Of a stretch of 64,000 nt of DNA, positions 20,124 through 30,623 are shown piece after piece. The notes below the pieces were generated by a model. It was not told the origin of the DNA, searched no databases, and saw only the letters and a list, made by a program, of their open reading frames with translations. Numbering within the stretch: the first letter of the stretch is position 1; every line of letters starts with the position of its first letter. Both the position numbers and the translations under genes were made by a program. Source of the stretch: Thermodesulfobacteriota bacterium (lineage in GTDB: Bacteria > Desulfobacterota_D > UBA1144); the NCBI GenBank assembly GCA_030835345.1, contig JAURPH010000003.1:34124-98123 (forward strand). The letters run 5' to 3'.

Positions 20124-21113
20124 TTATAAAATTAGCATCGCATCGCCATAGCTATAAAATCTAAATTTATTTTCAACTGCTACCTTATAAGCTTTCATAG
20201 TCAAATCATAGCCAGCAAATGCTGCTACTAAAATAAGTAATGTTGACTTTGGCAAATGAAAATTAGTCAATAAACAATCAACTGCCTTAAATTCAAAACC
20301 TTCTTTTATAAATAAAGATGTCGATGTCCATTTATCATAATTTTTTGAAATGTTATATGATGATTCTAAAGCTCTCAAAGATGTTGTTCCTATAGATATT
20401 ACTTTTCCATCATTTTTTTTTGTTAAATCTATTTTATTGATAAGCTCATGTTTTATAAAAAACTTTTCACTATGTATTTTATGACTATCAATGTCCTGAA
20501 CTTTGATTGGCAAAAATGTTCCTATTCCAACATGAAGAGTAATAAAATCAATATTAGAGTTTAATTTTTCAAAAACTTCTTTTGAAAAATGTAGCCCTGC
20601 AGTAGGTGCAGCTATTGATCCTTCCACTTCTGCATAAATTGTTTGGTAATCAGTTTTATCTCTGCTATCTGATTTGCGATTTAGATATGGTGGTATAGGC
20701 ATAAAGCCATCAGTTTTAAAATAATCAGATGGATTTTTATCAAACTGTAAAAACCAATGTCCATCACTTTTGAACATATAAGCAGAAAGATTGTTATTAA
20801 ATGTTATTTTTGAAGGCTTAGGTTTTTTAGTCAATATACTCCATTTAAAACTATTAAACTCTTCAATGAGCAAAAACTCACGTGATTTTCCATTTAAATC
20901 TATTCCATTTAATAAATATGGATTAACCTTGGTATTATTAAAAATTACTAAATCTTTTTTATGAAAGTAATTAATTATTTCTGTGAACTCATGAATACTT
21001 ATTGATTGATTTTTTCGATTAACAACCAATAGTTTTGAGGTATCTCGTGGGGAAACTGGTCTAGATGCAATTAATTCATCTGGTAATTCAAAGTCGTATC
21101 TCTCAATTTGCAT
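20124..21113 (-). CDS. queA: S-adenosylmethionine:tRNA ribosyltransferase-isomerase
   Basis: 329 aa. MQIERYDFELPDELIA, the canonical QueA N-terminus. Confidence 0.92.
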   Translation of the reverse strand: MQIERYDFELPDELIASRPVSPRDTSKLLVVNRKNQSISIHEFTEIINYFHKKDLVIFNNTKVNPYLLNGIDLNGKSREFLLIEEFNSFKWSILTKKPKPSKITFNNNLSAYMFKSDGHWFLQFDKNPSDYFKTDGFMPIPPYLNRKSDSRDKTDYQTIYAEVEGSIAAPTAGLHFSKEVFEKLNSNIDFITLHVGIGTFLPIKVQDIDSHKIHSEKFFIKHELINKIDLTKKNDGKVISIGTTSLRALESSYNISKNYDKWTSTSLFIKEGFEFKAVDCLLTNFHLPKSTLLILVAAFAGYDLTMKAYKVAVENKFRFYSYGDAMLIL

Positions 21114-22307
21114 TTATCTTTTTAATTTATTAAGAATCAGCCTCAATGAATTAAGTTTAATGAATCCACTTGCATCGGATTGATTATATAGATTATCTTC
21201 TTCAAAGGTAGCTAAATCAGGATTATAAAGTGAATATTCTGACTTTCTACCTAAAACTCTTACATTACCTTTATATAACATCAATCTAACATCCCCTGTA
21301 ATATTTTTTTGTGATTCTTTTATTAAAGACAATAGGACCCTCATCTCTGGGGAAAACCAAAATCCATTATAGATTAATTGTGAAATTTTTGGAATTAACG
21401 AATCACGAATATGCATAACTTCCCTATCCATAGTCAAAGACTCTACAGCTCTGTGAGCTATATTTAAAACTGTCCCTCCTGGGGTTTCATAAACTCCTCT
21501 GGATTTCATTCCAACAAATCTATTCTCAACAATATCAACAACTCCGATACCATGGCTACCAGCTAATTTATTCAGTTTGTTAAATAAATTCACTCCATCT
21601 ATTCTTTTTCCATTAAGTCTTACTGGAATTCCATTTTTAAAAGATAGTGTAATTTGAGTTGGCTTATTCAATGATTTGCTTAGTGGCCTCACTGTTTCAA
21701 ACATACTTTCAGGTGGCTCAGCCCAAGGGTCTTCTAAGATTCCCCCTTCATAACTTACATGGAAAATATTTCTATCACAGCTGTAAGGCTTTTGCTTTGT
21801 TACAGTGATTGGAATCTTATTTTTCTTAGCATATTCAATACAATCCTCTCTGGATTTGTAGTTCCAAATTCTCCAAGGAGAAATAATTTCAATTTTAGGA
21901 TTCAATGCATGAAAAGCTAATTCAAATCTTACTTGATCATTGCCCTTTCCAGTAGAACCATGTGACACAGCAAAAGCTTTTTCTTTATTTGCTATTTCAA
22001 TTTGTCTCTTAGCTATTAGAGGCCTAGCTATTGATGTCCCCAATAAATATGTTCCTTCATAAATCGCAGAAGATTGTATCATGGGATAAACAAAATCATT
22101 AATGAATTCTTTTTTCAAATCTTCGACATAAACTTTAGAAGCACCTACTTGTTTAGCTCTTTTTGCGGCAAGCTTTAAATCTTCACCTTGACCTAAATCA
22201 GCTATATAGGCAATCACATCTGCATTGTATTCAACTTTTAACCAATGAAGGATTACAGATGTATCAAGGCCTCCAGAGTAAGCAAGAACAATTTTTTTCT
22301 TTTTCAT
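21114..22307 (-). CDS. argG: Argininosuccinate synthase
   Basis: 397 aa. AYSGGLDTS...DLGQGED are ArgG motifs. Confidence 0.96.
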   Translation of the reverse strand: MKKKKIVLAYSGGLDTSVILHWLKVEYNADVIAYIADLGQGEDLKLAAKRAKQVGASKVYVEDLKKEFINDFVYPMIQSSAIYEGTYLLGTSIARPLIAKRQIEIANKEKAFAVSHGSTGKGNDQVRFELAFHALNPKIEIISPWRIWNYKSREDCIEYAKKNKIPITVTKQKPYSCDRNIFHVSYEGGILEDPWAEPPESMFETVRPLSKSLNKPTQITLSFKNGIPVRLNGKRIDGVNLFNKLNKLAGSHGIGVVDIVENRFVGMKSRGVYETPGGTVLNIAHRAVESLTMDREVMHIRDSLIPKISQLIYNGFWFSPEMRVLLSLIKESQKNITGDVRLMLYKGNVRVLGRKSEYSLYNPDLATFEEDNLYNQSDASGFIKLNSLRLILNKLKR

Positions 22308-22310
22308 AAT

Positions 22311-22760
22311 TTACTTTTCTTGGTTTCCTATGCCTTTATAATCAAGTAGATAAAATGTAGCTTTAGTTTTTTCATATTTTTTTTCCAAAAAGGTTCCAAT
22401 ATATTCTAATTTTTCAAGCTCATTACCTGCATGCGCAGAAGATCTCTTTTCGTCTGAAAACTCTAGCACAAATTTTATATCAGAGGGCATTGGTCTATCT
22501 GCCGTGGGTTGGGTTGTAAATAAAAATTCAATTTCTTTTTCTATTTTTACACTTTCTGGAAGAGTAAATCCTACAACTATATTAACAGATTGAAATTCAA
22601 TAACATGTAGGCTCAATTCTGTTGACATATCACTTTCAGGACCATCTGTAACTGTCATAATGTACGATGCAGCAGGAATTGAATCTACAGAGGATAAAGG
22701 TACCAGTCTATTATAATCTTCACCATCAATTAAACATCCTAAATTTAACATTTGTATCAC
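22311..22760 (-). CDS. Hypothetical acidic protein
   Basis: 149 aa with no recognisable motif. Sits between pgeF and argG on the same strand, 3 nt upstream of argG. Confidence 0.45.
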   Translation of the reverse strand: MIQMLNLGCLIDGEDYNRLVPLSSVDSIPAASYIMTVTDGPESDMSTELSLHVIEFQSVNIVVGFTLPESVKIEKEIEFLFTTQPTADRPMPSDIKFVLEFSDEKRSSAHAGNELEKLEYIGTFLEKKYEKTKATFYLLDYKGIGNQEK

Positions 22761-22783
22761 CTCTTTGAATTAATTAATAATAT

Positions 22784-23428
22784 CTAATTACGATTAATTT
22801 TACTAATTTGGTTTTGGAATTTAGATTTATCTCTTCTATATGAGTAGAAATTTAAATTACATTTAGTACACTCACTTAAAACTTCAATTTCTCTTACTCC
22901 TTTTTTTTCTAGTAAAAGGGTATTGATTTTCTTCAAATCAATCCTCTTTTGAGATTCGGTATCTAAAAAACAACTATTGAAATCTGGGAAATTTTCAACA
23001 AACTTTTTATATAAATCTTCGTTAACCTCAAAGCAACAATCTGCAATAGATGGACCAATGACTGCAACAATATCTTTTGGCTTAACTTTAAAATTAACTT
23101 CTATTTTATCTATTGTTTTACAAATAATTTTATAGAATGTTCCTCTCCATCCAGCATGTACTGCTCCGACAAAACTCGAACTTTCATCAGTTAATAATAT
23201 AGGCAAACAATCAGCTGTCTTTACTCCAATGCTAAAATTTTCAATATTAGTAATAATGCTATCGCCTGAAATTTGCATATTAGCTTCAGGAGCCTTATCT
23301 AAAATCACAACATTATCCCCATGAACTTGATTCAAAGTAAAAGCATCGGCTTTTGTTTTTTTATCTCCAAAAAAATAATTAATATTTTTGATTCTTGATA
23401 GTTTTTCGGACTTATAATTACTCATCAA
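22784..23428 (-). CDS. pgeF: YfiH/PgeF (DUF152) purine-nucleoside/peptidoglycan-editing enzyme family
   Basis: 214 aa. QVHGDNVV...ADCLPILL...HAGWRG are conserved Cu/Zn-site residues. Confidence 0.85.
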   Translation of the reverse strand: MMSNYKSEKLSRIKNINYFFGDKKTKADAFTLNQVHGDNVVILDKAPEANMQISGDSIITNIENFSIGVKTADCLPILLTDESSSFVGAVHAGWRGTFYKIICKTIDKIEVNFKVKPKDIVAVIGPSIADCCFEVNEDLYKKFVENFPDFNSCFLDTESQKRIDLKKINTLLLEKKGVREIEVLSECTKCNLNFYSYRRDKSKFQNQISKINRN

Positions 23429-24353
23429 GCCTCCTGATTGTACTTAAAATAAAATCAAAATCATCTTGGGGATTGGCCGTAAAAGATAAATTTTTATTCG
23501 TTACTGGATGAAGAAACTCTAATTTTTTAGCATGTAACATATGCCTATCAATTTTTAAATTTTTAAGAACATTTACTCTCTTATGAGATCCATAAATTTT
23601 ATCCCCCAAGATTGGGCTGCCTATTGAGTCCAAATGCACCCTAATTTGATGAGTCCTACCTGTCTTCGGATATGCTTCAATGAGTGTAAATTTTTTAAAT
23701 CTTTCAATTACTCTCCAATTAGTTTCAGCCTCCCTCAATGAAGAAGAGTTATTTGATATTTTTAATCTATTCTTTTTATCTCTACCGATTTCAAGATTTA
23801 TATTTCCGCTTTCTTGCTTAATTTGGCCATGAACAATAGCTAAATATGTTTTAGATACTACTCTATTTTTAAATTGTGAAGATAAATTCACATGTGATTT
23901 ATCATTCTTGGCAATGACCATTACTCCCGAGGTTTCTTTATCAAGCCTATGAACTATCCCGGGACGAAGTTCGCCTGATATCCCAGACAAATCCTTACAG
24001 TGAAAGAGCAATAAGTTTACCAATGTCGGCAACTTAACCCCAGCACCTTGATGTACAACTAAATTTGGAGGTTTGTTAATAACCGCAATATCAGAATCTT
24101 GATAAATTATATTTAAAGGTTGATCAATTGGTTCTAAAGGAGAAACTTTCGGGGTGGGAATAAAAATTTCTATTATATCGTTACTTTTTAAAGAATAGGA
24201 CGGTTTTATATTTTTTCCATTACAAAAAATATTATTATCTTTGGCTAATTTAGATATGGAGGAACGACTCAGTGCCAACTTATTTGACAATAATATATCC
24301 ACTCTAAGACCTGAATGAATTTCTTCAATAATATATTTATAGTTGCTCATCAA
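23418..24353 (-). CDS. rluD: 23S rRNA pseudouridine synthase, RluA family (RluD-like) with an S4 domain
   Basis: 311 aa. HRLDKETSGVMVIAKND is the catalytic Asp motif. Confidence 0.9.
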   Translation of the reverse strand: MMSNYKYIIEEIHSGLRVDILLSNKLALSRSSISKLAKDNNIFCNGKNIKPSYSLKSNDIIEIFIPTPKVSPLEPIDQPLNIIYQDSDIAVINKPPNLVVHQGAGVKLPTLVNLLLFHCKDLSGISGELRPGIVHRLDKETSGVMVIAKNDKSHVNLSSQFKNRVVSKTYLAIVHGQIKQESGNINLEIGRDKKNRLKISNNSSSLREAETNWRVIERFKKFTLIEAYPKTGRTHQIRVHLDSIGSPILGDKIYGSHKRVNVLKNLKIDRHMLHAKKLEFLHPVTNKNLSFTANPQDDFDFILSTIRRLDE

Positions 24354-24404
24354 ATAAAAACCTATTGTTAGTAACTTAAAATATTAGTCATAATTATCAA
24401 TAAT

Positions 24405-24719
24405 ATGAAAAAAAATAAGGAATCCAGGATTGATTTAAGATTTGCCTTAATTGGCCCAGGAACTATGTGGAATCTTTTATATGAAGGTATGGACCAAAGA
24501 GTGAATCTTAGATCAACATTTAGAGGTAAAGACGAAGAAAGTGTTAATGCATTAATTAAATTTGGTGAAATATTAAAAAAGAAAAATGATTATGATATTA
24601 ATATTAAGGAAGATGGAATTGAAATAAACAATATCATACCTATAAATGATTTCGAAAATGGTGAAAATTGGACAAAATTAATGAATAAATTAAAACTAGA
24701 GATTATAAAGATGATATAA
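24405..24719 (+). CDS. Hypothetical protein (orphan plus-strand ORF)
   Basis: 104 aa. The only plus-strand ORF in a 13-kb run of minus-strand genes. If it is not real, it leaves a 350-nt gap. No recognised motif. Confidence 0.35.
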   Translation: MKKNKESRIDLRFALIGPGTMWNLLYEGMDQRVNLRSTFRGKDEESVNALIKFGEILKKKNDYDINIKEDGIEINNIIPINDFENGENWTKLMNKLKLEIIKMI

Positions 24720-25488
24720 TTTCTCCTGAATTGATAATAAAATCTTTATCATTTTTCTTTATCAATAACTCTCCCAAAGAATTAATTGAAATCGCTTTGC
24801 CAGTTATGAGCTTATCACCCATTTGAACATTCAGAATCTTACCTTTGTCTCCCCAATTAAAATTATAAAAATTAATTATTTCATCTTCATTTCCATCTAA
24901 CATATGATAAAAATTTGCGAAATTAACAAGCAAAGAAGAGCAAACCTTATCGATTTCAAAACTACAACCCAATTGAATACTCATACTGGTTGGATTTATT
25001 TTATAAACTTTTTGCTCGCTTAAAAAATCCTCAGAATTTAAATTTATATTAATACCTATCCCAACAACTAAGTAATTATTTTTATCAGGTGTAAATTCAG
25101 CTTCACATAGAATTCCAGATATTTTATTATTATTTACCAAAATATCATTAGGCCATTTTATAGATGATTTTATTTTAAAATCTTCCAATGTCTTACAAAC
25201 ACTATTTGCTGCCAAAATAGGTAACAAACTTTTATGTCTATCATTCTTGGGGTAATCAAGCAAAATTGAAAGAGCCAAGCTCTTATTTTCTTTAGCATGC
25301 CAAAATCTACCTTCTCTTCCTCTACCATGTAATTGATTCTTTGAATATATGCAAATACCATGTTCTTTTTCAGATAGATTTAGTGCAAACTTGTTAGTAG
25401 AGTCAACTTGATCTAAACAAATCAAATGCTTATATAGTTTTGAGCAAATCTGATTACTTTTCATTAAATAGTCGAATTCACTAAGCAT
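24703..25488 (-). CDS. birA: Biotin--[acetyl-CoA-carboxylase] ligase (class I, no HTH)
   Basis: 261 aa. GRGREGRFW is the biotin-binding loop. Confidence 0.9.
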   Translation of the reverse strand: MLSEFDYLMKSNQICSKLYKHLICLDQVDSTNKFALNLSEKEHGICIYSKNQLHGRGREGRFWHAKENKSLALSILLDYPKNDRHKSLLPILAANSVCKTLEDFKIKSSIKWPNDILVNNNKISGILCEAEFTPDKNNYLVVGIGININLNSEDFLSEQKVYKINPTSMSIQLGCSFEIDKVCSSLLVNFANFYHMLDGNEDEIINFYNFNWGDKGKILNVQMGDKLITGKAISINSLGELLIKKNDKDFIINSGEIISSL

Positions 25489-25489
25489 C

Positions 25490-26596
25490 TTAAACTCCCA
25501 GCCTATTATAATCTCGAAATTCAGAAATAATTAAAGCTGAAACTGAAAAGGCAATTGATGCACACAATAGAGAAGTCCCACCATAACTAAATAAAATCAT
25601 TGGAATACCAACAACTGGAAATAATCCTATCGTCATTAAGGAATTTACTAAAAAATGAAAAAAGAAATATGAGCTAATACCAAAAATTATTACTTTTAGA
25701 AAAACATCTTTAATATTAGATAAAAATAAAAGTGGGTAAATTATTAAAAATAAATATAAAGACAACAATATCAAAGATCCTAAAAAACCTGTCTGTTCAG
25801 CCCAAACTGAAAAAGCAAAGTCAGTATGTTTTTCTGGCAAAAAACCAAATTTAGATTGAGAACTATTACCAAAACCCTTACCGATAATCGAACCGGAACC
25901 AATCGAAATTTTTGATTGGATAGCATTATATCCATATCCTCTTGGATCATTTTCTGGGTTTATAAAATTAACAATTCTCTGTTTTTGATATGGTTTTAAA
26001 TAACTCTGCCAAACAGGTATTGAAATGACTATGATGAGTAACAAAAGAATAAATAGAAATTTTCTATTAAACGAAAAACTAAAAATAACAGCCATAGACA
26101 ACAAAAGGAGCATAAATGCCGATCCAAAATCTGGTTGAATCATTATTAAAATAAAAGGTATAACAAAAAAGAGTAGGCCAAGAAAATATTTAATTGCAAA
26201 AGATCTTGAGTAGCTACCTAGGTCTGAGTAAAGTTTTGCGATCATAAATACATAAGATATTTTAACAAGTTCCGAGGGTTGAAAAGAAAATCCATAAAGT
26301 TTTATCCAACTTCGTGCCCCTGAAATCTCCTCGCTAAAAAGAACAATTATTAATAATAATATTGAAAAAAAATATAATGGAACAGCGAGGGTTTTTATAC
26401 TTTGTAGTCTTATTCTAGATATAAGAAAAGATGTTAAAATTGATAATAAAAACCAGAAAAACTGCTTAACTGCATAAACATTAATCAATTCTTCATTATC
26501 AATAAAAGCTAAATTTAAACAACTTAAAAAAATGATTAAAAAACCAACGAAATAGATTTTCCTGTGTGGTTTTTGCAATAAGCTAGTTAAGTTCAT
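25490..26596 (-). CDS. mrdB: Peptidoglycan glycosyltransferase RodA (SEDS family)
   Basis: 368 aa, polytopic, FtsW/RodA motifs. Immediately downstream of PBP2. Confidence 0.9.
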   Translation of the reverse strand: MNLTSLLQKPHRKIYFVGFLIIFLSCLNLAFIDNEELINVYAVKQFFWFLLSILTSFLISRIRLQSIKTLAVPLYFFSILLLIIVLFSEEISGARSWIKLYGFSFQPSELVKISYVFMIAKLYSDLGSYSRSFAIKYFLGLLFFVIPFILIMIQPDFGSAFMLLLLSMAVIFSFSFNRKFLFILLLLIIVISIPVWQSYLKPYQKQRIVNFINPENDPRGYGYNAIQSKISIGSGSIIGKGFGNSSQSKFGFLPEKHTDFAFSVWAEQTGFLGSLILLSLYLFLIIYPLLFLSNIKDVFLKVIIFGISSYFFFHFLVNSLMTIGLFPVVGIPMILFSYGGTSLLCASIAFSVSALIISEFRDYNRLGV

Positions 26597-28340
26597 CTAA
26601 ATTTTCACCATAATTTTCTTTATAATAAGAAACTATTTTTTTAATAATAGGGCCACCTGCCCTTCCGCCTGAATCACCATGTTCAGCAAAAACTGTAATA
26701 GCAATCTTTGGATCATCAAAAGGATAGTAAGCCGTAAACCATCCATGATTTTTATATTCTCCGTATCCATAATTAGCTGAATCTTTTGATATAACTTGTG
26801 CAGTACCGGTTTTTCCAGCCAACAACAAATCATCTCTTGCATGAAAACCAGTTCCATTTGAATCGTTAACTACACCAAGCAATCCATCCTTTATTACTTT
26901 CAGGTTCTTTGGCTTAATTTTTAATTTTTCACTCTTAGACTGATCGATTGAATCAAATAATTTATAAGGAACAAATTCCCCGTCGTTTGCAATTATGCTA
27001 ATAATCTTGTTTGCTTGAACAACATTCAAAGTAAGATACCCTTGACCTATCGCAACATTGACCATGTCTCCACTATAAAACTTTCCATTTAAATATTTAT
27101 CTATAAAATTCCTATCAGGAACAACTCCACTCTTTTGCTTAAATGGAAGATAATTGTGACTATTACCAATACCAAATTTTTTTAGCCATGAAGAGTATTT
27201 CTTAATTCCTAGGCCGAGTCCAACTTTATAAAAATAAACATCACAAGAGGTGATTAAAGCTTTTTTAACGTCTTGCATCCCATGTCCACCTCTTAACCAG
27301 CATCTAAAATTTCTATTACCCACTTTGGTATAACCAGGGCAATAATACTCTGTTGATGGAGAAACAACCTCTTCTTCTAGACCAGCTACAGCAGTTATTA
27401 TTTTAATAATGGAACCAGGAGGGCTTGAAACAAGAAAAGCTCTATTAAGAAATGGCTTTGATTTATCTGTTTTTAATTTATTCCATTCCTTACTAGATAT
27501 AGGCTGTGAAAACAAATTTGGATCAAACCCTGGTTTACTTACTAGAGCCAGAATTTCACCTGATTTAAGATCGCTAACTATTACTGCTCCATTAAAATTA
27601 ACAAATTGATCATATATTGTTTTTTGTAACTCTATATCAATAGTTGTTTTAATATTGTTCCCTTTTTTGATATCTTTAGATCTACTATCTTCAACCTCTT
27701 GGCCAATGATTTCTCTCCCCTTGCTATCAACATACAAAAATTTTGATCCTACATTTCCAGCCAGGGTTTTATCAAAAAATTTTTCTAAACCATTAGCACC
27801 TTTTCTATTTGAGAATAAATTTCCATACATAAAATCTTTCTTATCATTTGAGGTCAAATGTCCAGTTAAATGAGATGCAGATTCACCATATGGGTATACT
27901 CGAATATAATCAACAATTAATTCTATGTTAGATATATCTTTGAACAAATCTTCTATAAGATAGATCTCATCTATTGATAAATCTTTTTTTAAGAGCCTCC
28001 TCTGAATTCCAACATATGATTTTTCATTCTTTAATTTAAGAGATGGATCTAATTCAAGGTAATTAGACAAATTATTTTTTATTTCATTGAATTTTAAGTC
28101 ATTGGCATTTTTTACATATAGGTTTACTACTGGTCTGCTATAAGCTATTTGCTTTCCATTTCTATCTAAAATAAGACCCCTAGGTGAAGGAATAATTGCT
28201 TCTCTAATAAAATTTTTTCTAGATATCTCTTGATACTGCTCACCCTTAATTATCTGAAGATAAAAAAGTCTAGAAATTATTACTAAAAAAAATATAGTTA
28301 CTATTAAAATTGATAAGTTTGATCTTGTTGACTTGGCCAT
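26583..28340 (-). CDS. mrdA: Penicillin-binding protein 2 (elongasome transpeptidase)
   Basis: 585 aa. SxxK (SIIK), SCD, KTGTA motifs. Confidence 0.92.
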   Translation of the reverse strand: MAKSTRSNLSILIVTIFFLVIISRLFYLQIIKGEQYQEISRKNFIREAIIPSPRGLILDRNGKQIAYSRPVVNLYVKNANDLKFNEIKNNLSNYLELDPSLKLKNEKSYVGIQRRLLKKDLSIDEIYLIEDLFKDISNIELIVDYIRVYPYGESASHLTGHLTSNDKKDFMYGNLFSNRKGANGLEKFFDKTLAGNVGSKFLYVDSKGREIIGQEVEDSRSKDIKKGNNIKTTIDIELQKTIYDQFVNFNGAVIVSDLKSGEILALVSKPGFDPNLFSQPISSKEWNKLKTDKSKPFLNRAFLVSSPPGSIIKIITAVAGLEEEVVSPSTEYYCPGYTKVGNRNFRCWLRGGHGMQDVKKALITSCDVYFYKVGLGLGIKKYSSWLKKFGIGNSHNYLPFKQKSGVVPDRNFIDKYLNGKFYSGDMVNVAIGQGYLTLNVVQANKIISIIANDGEFVPYKLFDSIDQSKSEKLKIKPKNLKVIKDGLLGVVNDSNGTGFHARDDLLLAGKTGTAQVISKDSANYGYGEYKNHGWFTAYYPFDDPKIAITVFAEHGDSGGRAGGPIIKKIVSYYKENYGENLDELN

Positions 28341-28807
28341 TGAATATACTTAAATATAAATAACATTATTGTTAAAATAATAAAGGAAAAAAGAAATTTT
28401 ATAAAAAGATATCTAAGTGTGGAGAATAGAATCAAATCCCCCAAAATCGATAATAAACATAAATTTAATAAATAATATAAAATTAATAAGAAAGCTGTTA
28501 ATAGAATCTCATTCCTCTCGCTATTCCAAATAAAAAATTTATTTAAGTATATAGCGATGAAAATTAATGATACTTTTACAAATGAGTCATATAAAGTTAT
28601 GGGGTCCCCAAAAACTTGGAGCAATAAAAGAGTTGCTACAAATATTGATAATTCAAACTTTGATGTTTTATTAGTAGCCAAAAGCACCGTTAGCACCAAT
28701 GAAATATCAGTCAAATCTTGAATACCAAATAGATTTAATCCATTAAATACTGATAATAAAATTAATAGAAAAAGGGAGAATTTAAAATATTTATTTAATT
28801 TGATCAA
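28304..28807 (-). CDS. mreD: Rod shape-determining protein MreD
   Basis: 167 aa polytopic membrane protein located between mreC and mrdA. Confidence 0.7.
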   Translation of the reverse strand: MIKLNKYFKFSLFLLILLSVFNGLNLFGIQDLTDISLVLTVLLATNKTSKFELSIFVATLLLLQVFGDPITLYDSFVKVSLIFIAIYLNKFFIWNSERNEILLTAFLLILYYLLNLCLLSILGDLILFSTLRYLFIKFLFSFIILTIMLFIFKYIQWPSQQDQTYQF

Positions 28808-29510
28808 TTTTTACAATCCCTACATAACTTATAGAATTAAATACTAAAGGTGAAGCAACTGTTAGATATAGGAATCCTGAATTTTTCCTCATATCACTAA
28901 CTTTTCCAATTGGTTTTTGTAAAAGATTACTTTGAATAGGGCTATAAATATATATATTATCACCTATATTAATATCTGATGTATCATCTATGTATTCTAT
29001 TTGGGAACCGTAACCATTACCCTTTAATATGCCTTTAAATTTTGCATCACCTACTTCAACAATAAGATTAAAGTTAATATTTTCAAGTGTTATTACTTCT
29101 GAATAATTCGGCTTTACTTTCGCAACTTTCCCTAAAAAACCCTTGGATGAAAAAACCAACTGGTTTTTTGTGATACCATCCTCTGAACCTAATGGAACTG
29201 TAAAACTTTTATTTAAAAAGGATGGATGACTAAAAATTATTTTTGTGAAAACAATACTAAACGAATCACTATCTTTAATTTGCAATAAGGACTTTAGCTC
29301 CAAATTCTCTTTTTTTAAATTCTCCAAATTGAGTCTTTGATCATTATCTAAAGGGGTTCCCATTTCAGCATAATTTTTAAAAAAAGACGATGAAAATGAT
29401 TTAAGGTTTGAATTTAAAAAAGAGCCAAGTTTAAAGTAAAAGAATATTGTGAAAACAAAAGAAAAAACTAATATTAAATAAATCTTCTTTTTACTTCTAT
29501 TTGATAACAT
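28791..29510 (-). CDS. mreC: Rod shape-determining protein MreC
   Basis: 239 aa. N-terminal TM, coiled coil, β-rich C-terminus. Operon position. Confidence 0.8.
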   Translation of the reverse strand: MLSNRSKKKIYLILVFSFVFTIFFYFKLGSFLNSNLKSFSSSFFKNYAEMGTPLDNDQRLNLENLKKENLELKSLLQIKDSDSFSIVFTKIIFSHPSFLNKSFTVPLGSEDGITKNQLVFSSKGFLGKVAKVKPNYSEVITLENINFNLIVEVGDAKFKGILKGNGYGSQIEYIDDTSDINIGDNIYIYSPIQSNLLQKPIGKVSDMRKNSGFLYLTVASPLVFNSISYVGIVKIDQIK

Positions 29511-29513
29511 ATT

Positions 29514-30569
29514 TTAAATTGAAATCTTTCTTAGTGTATTAATTTCTTCTAATGCTTTACCACACCCATTAACAACACATAGCAAAGGATCTTCACCCAC
29601 GGATACTTTTAACCTAGTAGATTTAGAAATTCTTTCTGATAAACCCCCAAGCAAAGCTCCGCCACCAGCAAGAACAATTCCATCAACAATAATATCACCA
29701 GCGAGTTCAGGTGGCGTTGAGTCTAGAGTCTCTCTTACGGCTGAAATAATCTCATCAACTGACATATCTAGTGCTTTTTTTGTATCGGAAGCTCTAAGTT
29801 CAATAGATGTTGGTAATCCATCTTCAAGGGATCTGCCCCTGACTTGCATTTGAAGAGATTCGCTAGGTTTATCTGAAACATCTGCGATGGTTTTTTTAAC
29901 AGTTTCTGCCATATTTTCACCAATCAATATATTGTAAGTCTTTTTTACATAATCTATTATTGCATTGTTCATTGAGTCCCCTGCGGTTTTAATAGACTTG
30001 CTTAAAACCAGGCCACCTAAGGAAATGACAGATATTCCAGTTGTACCTCCACCAATGTCTATAATCATGCCACCTCTCGAACTAAGAACAGAATCCATCT
30101 CTGCACCCAATGCCGCAGCCATTGTTTCCTCAATCAAGTAAACTTCTCTAGCTCCAGCTGATTCTGCAGCTTCAACAACAGCTCTTTTTTCTACAGGTGT
30201 AATCCCTATGGGAACGGAAACAACAACTCTTGGTCTTACCAAGAAATTATTTTTATGATATTTGGAAATAAAATACTCCAGCATCTTTTGAGTAACTTCA
30301 AAGTCGGCAATTACTCCTTCCCTTAATGGTCTAATAGCTTCTATAGAACCAGGAGTCTTACCAATCATTAATTTTGCCTCATCACCAACTGCCAAGATAT
30401 TTATGTCTCCAATTCTATCTCTCTGGACAGCAACTACGGATGGCTCATTCGCGACTATCCCTTTGTCTTTAATATAAACAACTACATTTGCTGTTCCTAA
30501 ATCAAGACCTATGTCGATTGAAAAATAATTAGCTATTTTATCCCATATAGTATAATTTTTGGTTTTCAT
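29514..30569 (-). CDS. mreB: Rod shape-determining actin homologue MreB
   Basis: 351 aa. IGIDLGTANVVVY...DIGGGTT are actin-fold motifs. Confidence 0.96.
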   Translation of the reverse strand: MKTKNYTIWDKIANYFSIDIGLDLGTANVVVYIKDKGIVANEPSVVAVQRDRIGDINILAVGDEAKLMIGKTPGSIEAIRPLREGVIADFEVTQKMLEYFISKYHKNNFLVRPRVVVSVPIGITPVEKRAVVEAAESAGAREVYLIEETMAAALGAEMDSVLSSRGGMIIDIGGGTTGISVISLGGLVLSKSIKTAGDSMNNAIIDYVKKTYNILIGENMAETVKKTIADVSDKPSESLQMQVRGRSLEDGLPTSIELRASDTKKALDMSVDEIISAVRETLDSTPPELAGDIIVDGIVLAGGGALLGGLSERISKSTRLKVSVGEDPLLCVVNGCGKALEEINTLRKISI

Positions 30570-30623
30570 TTTTAACTCCTTTTTAAATTATAAACCAATT
30601 GACAGAAAGATATTAAAAAAATT

